This document shows, piece by piece, positions 1 through 7,521 of a stretch of DNA of 64,000 bases. The position numbers and the translations under genes are program-made. Where the stretch lies: assembly GCA_016756855.1 (NCBI GenBank), contig JAESPD010000010.1, positions 20,468-84,467 of the forward strand. Direction: 5' to 3'. Under the pieces are notes generated by a model that worked only from the letters and a program-made list of their open reading frames with translations, searched no databases and was not told where the DNA came from. Numbering within the stretch: position 1 is the first letter of the stretch; each line of letters opens with the position of its first letter. The stretch is from a gamma proteobacterium endosymbiont of Lamellibrachia anaximandri (GTDB lineage: Bacteria > Pseudomonadota > Gammaproteobacteria > Chromatiales > Chromatiaceae).

Positions 1-459
1 GAGGCGCACATGGAACCCGAGCACTTCGACAAAACTGAAGGTGACATGCGAGGCACCAATTCTGCCAAATATGCGGTGCATAACTTTGAGGATCGTTCCA
101 AGCAGGAGATCATCCCCTCCGATCAACTCTTTCTGGGTTACTTCGAGCCGACGGCCCGCAATATCCGTAATGAAGAAGTCCCCAGTTCGGACGACGTGCT
201 TGGTCACTTCAAAGAGCGTCTGATTCCTCTGAATACGGAACAGGTTCAGGCAGAAGCGAAGCGTTGCATGAGTTGCGGCATGTGCTTCGAGTGTGACAAC
301 TGCGTGATTTTCTGTCCCCAGGATGCGGTTTTCCGCGTCAAACGTGGCGAATCAACCACCGGTCGTTATGTAGATACCGACTATTCCAAGTGCATTGGCT
401 GCCACGTTTGCACCGATGTTTGTCCTACAGGCTACATTCAGATGGGTCTCGGCGAATAA
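1..459 (+). CDS. dsrL: DsrL, C-terminal part (5' end outside the window)
   Basis: Frame 1 is open from nt 1 (track ORF 10..459). Two ferredoxin-type motifs, CMSCGMCFECDNCVIFCP and CIGCHVCTDVCP. Lies directly upstream of dsrJOPNRS, the order known from Allochromatium vinosum. Confidence 0.7.
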   Translation, partial: EAHMEPEHFDKTEGDMRGTNSAKYAVHNFEDRSKQEIIPSDQLFLGYFEPTARNIRNEEVPSSDDVLGHFKERLIPLNTEQVQAEAKRCMSCGMCFECDNCVIFCPQDAVFRVKRGESTTGRYVDTDYSKCIGCHVCTDVCPTGYIQMGLGE

Positions 460-468
460 ATAGGAGCT

Positions 469-972
469 GTGATGCGAAGTTCTTTCAACAGCATCAGGCG
501 TTTCACCTACCTGTTGGCAGGTGCTGCTTTTGCAGTGACCAGCCTACAGGCTACAGGTGATACCGCCGTAATCAAGGGCTCGAAGGCGGCTTCGATGGAG
601 AGCTGTGTGGCGGAGACGAGTGATATTCGTCGAAACCACATGGATTACCTCAAGCACCAGCGGGTTGAGACCGTGCGTGGCGGTATTCGTGGAGCTAAGT
701 TCAGTCTTATTGACTGTATTGAGTGCCATGCATCCAAAGATGATGATGGCAATGCGGTTCCGGTGACTGATGAAGGCCAGTTCTGCCAGGCTTGTCATGC
801 CTATGTGGCTGTGAGTCCTGCCTGTTTCCAGTGTCACCGGACGACACCTATGCAGGGTAAGGGTTCTCTTGGAGCAGTGGATCTCGAACAGATGAAGTTC
901 CAGAGCCTCAACGCCTCATCGTTGAAAGAATGGCATCCTGTTATCCATGCCGGCAGCGAGTCTGCCAGGTAA
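469..972 (+). CDS. dsrJ: DsrJ, periplasmic trihaem cytochrome c of the DsrMKJOP complex
   Basis: 167 aa with a hydrophobic N-terminus. Exactly three CxxCH motifs (CIECH, CQACH, CFQCH). AGGAG precedes the ATG. Position between dsrL and dsrO. Confidence 0.85.
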   Translation: MMRSSFNSIRRFTYLLAGAAFAVTSLQATGDTAVIKGSKAASMESCVAETSDIRRNHMDYLKHQRVETVRGGIRGAKFSLIDCIECHASKDDDGNAVPVTDEGQFCQACHAYVAVSPACFQCHRTTPMQGKGSLGAVDLEQMKFQSLNASSLKEWHPVIHAGSESAR

Positions 973-990
973 TATGCGGAGAGACTGATC

Positions 991-1743
991 GTGAGTGTTA
1001 AAAATGACCAGCCGGATATGAACCGCCGCAAATTTGTCGGAACGACAGTTGCAGCGGCGGGAGCGGTTGTCGTCGCTCCTGGTGTGCTCCTGCATACAGT
1101 GGCCGGCGCTGATTCTGAATCCCAAGGCGCGTCTGCCAAGCATCGTTGGGGGATGTTGATCGATGCGAATAAATGCGCAGAGGGCTGCAGTGCCTGTGTC
1201 GATGCCTGCAACAGTGAACACGGCTTGATCGGACATGATCGACCGGCGACGGATGCCCAGTGGATTCGCGCCGTCAAACTGAAGGATCTCAATACCGGGC
1301 ATATCAACCGCCTGGTAATGATGTGTCAGCACTGTGAACATCCGCCTTGTGTGGATGTCTGCCCGACAGGCGCCTCTTTCAAGCGAACAGATGGCATTGT
1401 GTTGGTCGACCGTCATATCTGTATCGGCTGCCGCTACTGTATGATGGCCTGTCCCTATAAGGCACGTTCCTTCGTGCATGAAGACCTCAAGGATCAATCC
1501 ATTAACGCTCCTCGAGGTAAGGGGTGTGTTGAGGGCTGCACGATGTGCGTACACCGTATTGATCGTGGTGAGACGATGACTGCCTGTCAGGAAGCCTGTC
1601 ACAAGGACGGACATGGAGCGATTCTCTTTGGCGACCTGAAAGATCCCGATAGCGAAATCAGTCAAGCACTTAAATCACAGAATAGTCGGCAGCTTCGTGC
1701 TGATCTCAAACTGAATACCGGTGTCCGGTATTCGAATCTGTGA
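991..1743 (+). CDS. dsrO: DsrO, periplasmic 4Fe-4S ferredoxin-like subunit
   Basis: Twin-arginine signal (NRRKFVGTT). Multiple Cys clusters of 4Fe-4S type (CQHCEHPPCVDVCP, CIGCRYCMMACP). GGAGAG lies 7 nt before GTG 991; ATG 1018 is an alternative start. Confidence 0.85.
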   Translation: MSVKNDQPDMNRRKFVGTTVAAAGAVVVAPGVLLHTVAGADSESQGASAKHRWGMLIDANKCAEGCSACVDACNSEHGLIGHDRPATDAQWIRAVKLKDLNTGHINRLVMMCQHCEHPPCVDVCPTGASFKRTDGIVLVDRHICIGCRYCMMACPYKARSFVHEDLKDQSINAPRGKGCVEGCTMCVHRIDRGETMTACQEACHKDGHGAILFGDLKDPDSEISQALKSQNSRQLRADLKLNTGVRYSNL

Positions 1744-1763
1744 TAGCAGGGGGCGTATAGAAT

Positions 1764-2966
1764 ATGAGTAAGATGTATTATCGTGAGCTCTACTGCGGAA
1801 CACCAGTCCGCTATTGGGCGGGGATGGCATTGCTCGGCACGATTGTAGCAATCGCCATGGGGGCAGCCTTCTATATGGAGCATAATGGTCACTGGGTGAC
1901 CGGAATGTCCAATCAGGTTGTTTGGGGATTACCGCATGTCTTTGCAATCTTCCTGATTGTTGCTGCGTCCGGTGCCTTGAATGTGGCATCGATTGGTTCG
2001 GTGTTCGGCGGACCGATGTACAAGCCTCTCGGGCGTTTTTCAAGTCTGTTGGCGATTGGTTTACTGGCAGGGGGCTTGGCAGTGCTGCTGCTGGATCTAG
2101 GACGCCCCGACCGTCTGATCATCGCCATGACCTACTATAATTTCAAGTCGATCTTCGCCTGGAATATTATTCTCTATTCCGGTTTCTTCGCTATCGTGGG
2201 CCTCTATCTTTGGGCCATGATGGACAGAAAGGCCAACCGCTACTACCGTCCGATTGGTTTCGCAGCATTCTTTTGGCGTCTTGCACTGACCACCGGTACC
2301 GGTTCTATCTTCGGTTTTCTGGTCGCTCGCGAGGCCTATGATGCCGCGATCATGGCACCGATGTTCATTATCATGTCCTTTAGTTATGGCTTGGCATTCT
2401 TCATCATCACGCTGATTGCAGCTTATATGTGGGGTGATCGTGAATTGGGTGATTTGCGTCTGGCGCGCCTGAAGAACTTGTTGGGAGTATTTGTCGGTGC
2501 GGTGCTCTACTTTGCACTTGTCTTCAATCTCACGAATCTATATGTGACTCAGCACCACGGCGTCGAGAGTTTTATTCTGCTCAATGGCGGGGTGTATACC
2601 GCAATGTTCTGGCTTGGTCAGGTGTTGATTGGCGGTATTGTTCCGCTGTTCCTGATCTACTCTCCGGCGTTTGATAAAGCCCGCTGGGCTATTGCTGCAG
2701 CTTCAGTGATGGTGTTGATCGGCGGTTTCTTCCAGATCTATGTGATCGTAATAGGTGGACAGGCCTTCCCGATGTCAATTTTTCCGGGTAAGGAAGTGCT
2801 TGAGAGCAGTTTCTATGATGGGACCGTGAATGCCTATGCGCCCAGCCTTCCGGAAATGCTGCTTGGTATTGGTGGCATCGCCATCGCCATGACGATGGTT
2901 GCTGTCGGCGCCCGTATGTTCAAGGTGTTCCCTGAATCCCTGGAAGATCCAGGGGAGGGTGCCTGA
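1764..2966 (+). CDS. dsrP: DsrP, NrfD/PsrC-like integral membrane quinone-interacting subunit
   Basis: 400 aa, strongly hydrophobic polytopic protein. Follows dsrO as in known dsr operons. Confidence 0.85.
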   Translation: MSKMYYRELYCGTPVRYWAGMALLGTIVAIAMGAAFYMEHNGHWVTGMSNQVVWGLPHVFAIFLIVAASGALNVASIGSVFGGPMYKPLGRFSSLLAIGLLAGGLAVLLLDLGRPDRLIIAMTYYNFKSIFAWNIILYSGFFAIVGLYLWAMMDRKANRYYRPIGFAAFFWRLALTTGTGSIFGFLVAREAYDAAIMAPMFIIMSFSYGLAFFIITLIAAYMWGDRELGDLRLARLKNLLGVFVGAVLYFALVFNLTNLYVTQHHGVESFILLNGGVYTAMFWLGQVLIGGIVPLFLIYSPAFDKARWAIAAASVMVLIGGFFQIYVIVIGGQAFPMSIFPGKEVLESSFYDGTVNAYAPSLPEMLLGIGGIAIAMTMVAVGARMFKVFPESLEDPGEGA

Positions 2967-3001
2967 TTTACAGCTTGTAATCTAGCTGTAAGACAATAAG
3001 A

Positions 3002-3041
3002 ATACCCACCGTCAGCATGTGCTGACGGTGGGTATTTTTTT
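3002..3041 (+). terminator. Rho-independent terminator-like hairpin between dsrP and dsrN
   Basis: Perfect 15-bp stem: ATACCCACCGTCAGC (3002-3016) pairs with GCTGACGGTGGGTAT (3021-3035). Loop ATGT, followed by a run of 7 T (3035-3041). Confidence 0.65.
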
Positions 3042-3059
3042 GCATGAAAGAAAAAGCCT

Positions 3060-4478
3060 GTGGCCTCTATCTATATCTCTGCTGCGCATAAGTCCTCCGG
3101 GAAGACCACCCTATCTATCGGGTTGGGACGTGCTTTGGCCAATCGCGGCCTGACGGTCCAGTCCTTCAAAAAAGGTCCCGACTACATTGACCCGCTTTGG
3201 TTGCACTCAGCAACTGGGCGTGGCTGTTACAATCTCGATTTCTACACCATGCATCGGAAAGAGATCGAAGCGCTCTATCGCCGTCGAATGCAGGGGGCAG
3301 ACATTGGCCTCATCGAGGGTAACAAGGGACTCTACGATGGCTTGGATATTGAAGGCAGCAACAGCAATGCCGCTTTGGCAGCCCTGCTGGATGTTCCTGT
3401 TGTTCTGGTTATCAACACAAAGGGCATGACCCGTGGAATTGCTCCTCTGCTGCTGGGATACCAGGCTTTTGACCACAACATCTCCATCTCAGGTGTCATC
3501 CTCAATCAAGTCGGTGGCAGTCGCCACGAATCGAAGCTGATAAATGTCGTAGAGCACTATACAGACATTCCCGTGCTGGGGGCTGTCGCCAATGATCCGT
3601 TACTGGGAATTGATGAACGCCACTTGGGATTGGTGCCCAATAATGAGCGCTTGCAGGCGGAAGAGGTCATCGACTACCTGGCAAAGACGGTAACCGACTG
3701 TGTCAATCTCGACAGGCTGATAGAGATCGCCGGAGAGGCCCGCAGTGTTCCCCCATTGGAGATGGTGGAGGAGACTTCGCCTCAAGAGGGAACATTGCGC
3801 ATAGGTTACCCGAAAGATATGGCCTTTGGCTTCTACTACCCCGATGACCTGGAGGCTTTGCGGCATCATGGGGCTGAACTGGTTCCTTTCGACACCCTGA
3901 ACGATGAACGACTGCCTGAGGTCGATGGGCTCTTTATCGGTGGGGGGTTTCCCGAGGCGTCGATGGATGCGCTTGAGGCAAATACTTCGATCCGAGGGGC
4001 AATCAGAGACTACATCGAGCAGGGTGGGGCGGTTTACGCAGAATGTGGAGGGTTGATGTACCTTTGCAGAAGCCTGACCTGGCAAGGCAAAAAATGTAGA
4101 ATGGTCGGTATAATTCCTGCTGATGCGGTCATGCATGAAAGACCACAGGGTCGGGGTTACGTTCGTCTCACGGAATCAGGCAACTCCCGCTGGGGAGAAG
4201 TCGCGGAAAAAGCTGGCGATGGCATCATCAGCGCCCATGAGTTCCACTACTCGGCTCTCGAGGGATTGGATGCTGAAAGTAGCGATTTTGCCTATAAAGT
4301 GGTCCGAGGCACAGGAATCGACAGCAGGTATGATGGTTATATCTACAAAAACCTGCTTGCCAACTACACCCACATGCGAAATGTGGGTGGATGTCACTGG
4401 GTAGAACGCTTTTTGTCGCATGTCAGGACGATAAAAGCAGTGAAAATGGGAAATCAAGGTAGCAATAACGATGTTTAA
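3060..4478 (+). CDS. dsrN: DsrN, cobyrinic acid a,c-diamide synthase-like amidotransferase (sirohaem amidation)
   Basis: 472 aa. N-terminal P-loop SSGKTT of CobB/CbiA-type amidases, with a C-terminal glutamine-amidotransferase-like half. GTG start. Position after dsrP. Confidence 0.8.
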   Translation: MASIYISAAHKSSGKTTLSIGLGRALANRGLTVQSFKKGPDYIDPLWLHSATGRGCYNLDFYTMHRKEIEALYRRRMQGADIGLIEGNKGLYDGLDIEGSNSNAALAALLDVPVVLVINTKGMTRGIAPLLLGYQAFDHNISISGVILNQVGGSRHESKLINVVEHYTDIPVLGAVANDPLLGIDERHLGLVPNNERLQAEEVIDYLAKTVTDCVNLDRLIEIAGEARSVPPLEMVEETSPQEGTLRIGYPKDMAFGFYYPDDLEALRHHGAELVPFDTLNDERLPEVDGLFIGGGFPEASMDALEANTSIRGAIRDYIEQGGAVYAECGGLMYLCRSLTWQGKKCRMVGIIPADAVMHERPQGRGYVRLTESGNSRWGEVAEKAGDGIISAHEFHYSALEGLDAESSDFAYKVVRGTGIDSRYDGYIYKNLLANYTHMRNVGGCHWVERFLSHVRTIKAVKMGNQGSNNDV

Positions 4479-4803
4479 ATTGACCAAAAGGGCGGCTAAA
4501 CAGATTGCCCAGGCAGCAGAGCAGGGCGGAACAGAGGGTATGGTGCTGCGTTTTGCAACCCGTATGAAGGAAGATGGGGCGTTTGATTATCTGATGGGAT
4601 TCGACGAGGTGAAGGATGACGATATAACCTTTGTCTCGGAGGGTATCGACCTGGTCATGGAACCCGATTATGTTCCGATGCTAAGTGAAACGACCATGGA
4701 TTACGTGGAGACTGAAGATGGCGAGAAGCAATTCATCTTCATCAATCCAAAAGACGCCAATTACGTTCCTCCTGTAGAAGAGAACACCGACCAAGGGGAG
4801 TGA
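4471..4803 (+). CDS. dsrR: DsrR, IscA/HesB-like protein lacking the cluster-binding cysteines
   Basis: 110 aa with no Cys at all. The start overlaps the dsrN stop by 8 nt (ATGTTTAA). Position matches dsrR. Confidence 0.7.
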   Translation: MFKLTKRAAKQIAQAAEQGGTEGMVLRFATRMKEDGAFDYLMGFDEVKDDDITFVSEGIDLVMEPDYVPMLSETTMDYVETEDGEKQFIFINPKDANYVPPVEENTDQGE

Positions 4804-4901
4804 TTCTCCAATCACCGAGTAGCGGCACTGCCCAGACCAAACAGCCTGTCCGCCCCCTTTAAGGATAAAAGCACTCAACCCCCTCCCGGAGCCACCTTCT
4901 G

Positions 4902-6035
4902 ATGGATCTATCCAATGAAGACGCCCTGCGTCTGAATGTGCTGCTTGCCACTAAACCCCGCGCCATCAGAATCAATGAGTCTTCAATGACGCTTTACGGT
5001 CTCTCCGACAAGGGTGAGGCCAGGATTCAGCTCAATCCCAACTGCCGAGACGACCAATATCTCGGCCGGGTGCGGGAACTACTGTCCGGTCATGCGACGG
5101 GATCACCCGGTGGCTACCCGCTTTTTCTCAAGCGCTGGACCCGAATGGGTCAGACCCGGTGCGAAAATCTTGAGCAACTACTCTTGCTTGGTGAACCGGA
5201 AGCGGTTGTCGCCGTCACCTGTGCCGACGGACTGACCGATGATCTTGCGCGCCTGGCCTGGTGGTCCAGTCAGGAGCCGGAGAATGCCCGGCGTATGCTT
5301 GCCAATCCAGCTGTCGTTGCCGGAGAGATGGGTGCTGAGTTGGCGGAGTTTCTGATCGAATACCTCCCCTTTGAGACTGAACCGGAGATGATGGTGGAAA
5401 GCCTGAAACTCGTACTTCAACCGGGACTGGTTTCGAATGAAGTCAGACAGAAGTTATGGAAACGTTGCAGTCGCAAATCTGTCTACTATCTCGGGTTTCT
5501 TGCCAGCATACCGGACCAGTTGCCGGAACAGGCGCAACCGCGCGGAGATCGGGACAGCCACGCAGGCTCGCTCGTTACGCTTGCAGAGGTCGGAAACCCT
5601 TATGCTGAAATAGTGTTGAAGATACTCTCTGCCCCGGGCCAAAGTTTTATCGATACAGTCGGGCGGGTGATGGTCAAACCTGCAAATCAGGATGTGGTTA
5701 CCCTGCTACTTGATGTCCTGCGAGACTATTTCGCGCCACTGAGGCCTGAAGGAAACCCTGATCTGACCCTTGAAGCGCTGGAAGAGGAAGCGGAACAGCT
5801 GCTTGCCGGAAAGGCCGCTTGTCACGTTTTTGAGAGTTGCCTGGATGCTGCGCCTGAGTTGGCGGGAGAGTTAAAGGCGATGCGTATTTTTTCCGGCATG
5901 GGGTATGGCGTCGTGCGTCCTGTATTCAGTCATTCTGACGCGATCGGTTCTTTGATGCGCCGTAAGTTGGAACCGGTATTGACACCATTGATGGCATATC
6001 TTCGCGTGCTGAAGGGGACGGGAACCTATGAGTAG
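4902..6035 (+). CDS. dsrS: DsrS (function unknown; last gene of the dsr operon)
   Basis: 377 aa soluble protein. Called mainly from its position after dsrR and a size similar to A. vinosum DsrS; I recognise no catalytic motif. Confidence 0.55.
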   Translation: MDLSNEDALRLNVLLATKPRAIRINESSMTLYGLSDKGEARIQLNPNCRDDQYLGRVRELLSGHATGSPGGYPLFLKRWTRMGQTRCENLEQLLLLGEPEAVVAVTCADGLTDDLARLAWWSSQEPENARRMLANPAVVAGEMGAELAEFLIEYLPFETEPEMMVESLKLVLQPGLVSNEVRQKLWKRCSRKSVYYLGFLASIPDQLPEQAQPRGDRDSHAGSLVTLAEVGNPYAEIVLKILSAPGQSFIDTVGRVMVKPANQDVVTLLLDVLRDYFAPLRPEGNPDLTLEALEEEAEQLLAGKAACHVFESCLDAAPELAGELKAMRIFSGMGYGVVRPVFSHSDAIGSLMRRKLEPVLTPLMAYLRVLKGTGTYE

Positions 6036-6066
6036 TAGGCCTGTTCAAGCATAGCGGATCGGGCCT
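6035..6066. repeat. REP-like palindromic unit, GTAGGCC type (copy 1 of 3)
   Basis: GTAGGCCTGTTCAAGCATAGCGGATCGGGCCT starts on the last base of the dsrS stop codon. Related copies at 15858-15887 (reverse orientation) and 48028-48057. Confidence 0.6.
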
Positions 6067-6084
6067 GCATCTTGAAGAGTTGCA

Positions 6085-6543
6085 TTATTTATCGGGTTTT
6101 GCTCGCTGGCGGCCTCGATAGGCGGCAACCTGCTGGATGATGGGTTGGAACGGTAATTCATCCAGTGAATTGAATTTTTCGATGGCGCCGCTGACCAACG
6201 TGAATATGTCGCCGACCGGTTCAGGTACCGGTTCTTCCGGATAGATCTCGGAAAACAGTCCTCGTACTCCACCGACCTGCAGGCGCATCGCCTGGCCATG
6301 AGGCAGTGTTGCGTTCCTGTCATTGGATTTCAGTGCAAAGCGGGCGTGATGCCGGAGCAGTTCGAGCAGTTCCATGCACTGGGCCTGTCCCTGGTCTGAT
6401 TCGCAATGCACCCCGACACGTTCCGCCAAGTAGAATCGCTTTGACTCACCGCAGCTGCATTTATCGTTCAGAATGCTCCGTTCGAAGGGGCAGTAACGGT
6501 CGTTGATCTCCCGGTATGTGCGATGGTATGCGTCCTGATCCAT
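6085..6543 (-). CDS. Hypothetical Cys-containing protein, co-oriented with grxC-hslR
   Basis: 152-aa ORF starting 8 nt after the hslR stop. Contains CPFE...CSCGE...HCE...C. I recognise no family. Confidence 0.5.
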   Translation of the reverse strand: MDQDAYHRTYREINDRYCPFERSILNDKCSCGESKRFYLAERVGVHCESDQGQAQCMELLELLRHHARFALKSNDRNATLPHGQAMRLQVGGVRGLFSEIYPEEPVPEPVGDIFTLVSGAIEKFNSLDELPFQPIIQQVAAYRGRQRAKPDK

Positions 6544-6550
6544 ACTGGCT

Positions 6551-6949
6551 TCAGGTTCCCTTGTTGGTAAAACGGTGGATCATACGGCGATCTTTCTTGT
6601 TCATTTTGCCACGAACGGGTCGAGGTTCCATGGCGCGCTGCAAGCGCTGCTCTTCGGTAATCTTCTGTCGCAGCTGTTCACTCTCTGCCGACTCTTCGTA
6701 GAATTCAAGAGCCTCCCTGGCGGGACGTCGTTTTGAGGCCAGTACCCGTACCTCCACATCCCATTCAAGTGAGCCCTTATGGATCTGCAGATGTGAACCG
6801 ACCTTGACCTCACGGCCAGGTTTTGTGCGCTGGCCATTGAGATGTACTTTGCCGCCATTGATTGCTTCGCAGGCGATTTGACGAGTCTTGAAAAAGCGAG
6901 CTGCCCACAGCCACTTGTCGAGTCGGACCTTGCCTGCCGTTTCATTCAT
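6551..6949 (-). CDS. hslR: Heat-shock protein 15 (ribosome-associated, S4-domain RNA-binding)
   Basis: VRLDKWLWAARFFKTR...GGKVHLNGQRTKP is near-identical in pattern to E. coli HslR. Basic C-terminal tail. Confidence 0.85.
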   Translation of the reverse strand: MNETAGKVRLDKWLWAARFFKTRQIACEAINGGKVHLNGQRTKPGREVKVGSHLQIHKGSLEWDVEVRVLASKRRPAREALEFYEESAESEQLRQKITEEQRLQRAMEPRPVRGKMNKKDRRMIHRFTNKGT

Positions 6950-6954
6950 GTGGA

Positions 6955-7218
6955 TCAGCTTTCCGCCAGACCGAGTAGTTCGTCCAGGCGACCCGCCATT
7001 TCAAGGGCGGCCATATCGTCATAACCGCCGACATGGTATTCGTCGATGAAGATCTGCGGCACTGTGTTGCGCCGACTGCGTTGCATCATGACCTGCATCG
7101 CTTGGTGGTCGGTATCGATGCGGATCTCCTCGTAGTCCACCTGCTTGTTTTTCAGCATGAACTTGGCGCGTACGCAATAGGGGCAGACCGCCGTGGTATA
7201 CATCACCACTTTAGGCAT
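6955..7218 (-). CDS. grxC: Glutaredoxin 3
   Basis: 87 aa with the CPYC active site (TAVCPYCVRAK), plus the TVPQIFI and GGYDD motifs. Confidence 0.85.
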   Translation of the reverse strand: MPKVVMYTTAVCPYCVRAKFMLKNKQVDYEEIRIDTDHQAMQVMMQRSRRNTVPQIFIDEYHVGGYDDMAALEMAGRLDELLGLAES

Positions 7219-7521
7219 GGGGTAAATTCCTCTTGGTAAAAAATGATCAGCAAGGCTCCGGACCCTGGTGGAAAGGGCGACGGGGCGGAGATGATTTCCA
7301 GCAATTGTTATGTAACTCTTTGAGTCTTCAGTAAATCATCGAAAAAGCACTGTTTCGTTTAATATCTCAATATTAACAGCCACATCAGCAGAGTTCCACG
7401 AACACCATGACATGAGAATGGTTTTAGGCGGAAGCACAGAAGAACTTTACCGGCAGTGGATTTTAAGATTCTCCGGTTTGGCTATAACATGTAGCGCCTT
7501 GAATGTTTTCCGGGACTACAC

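Noticed and set aside
916-1665. 249-aa minus-strand ORF, plus the 834..1307 ORF
   Set aside because: Antisense to dsrJ and dsrO. The sense strand carries the haem and Fe-S motifs.
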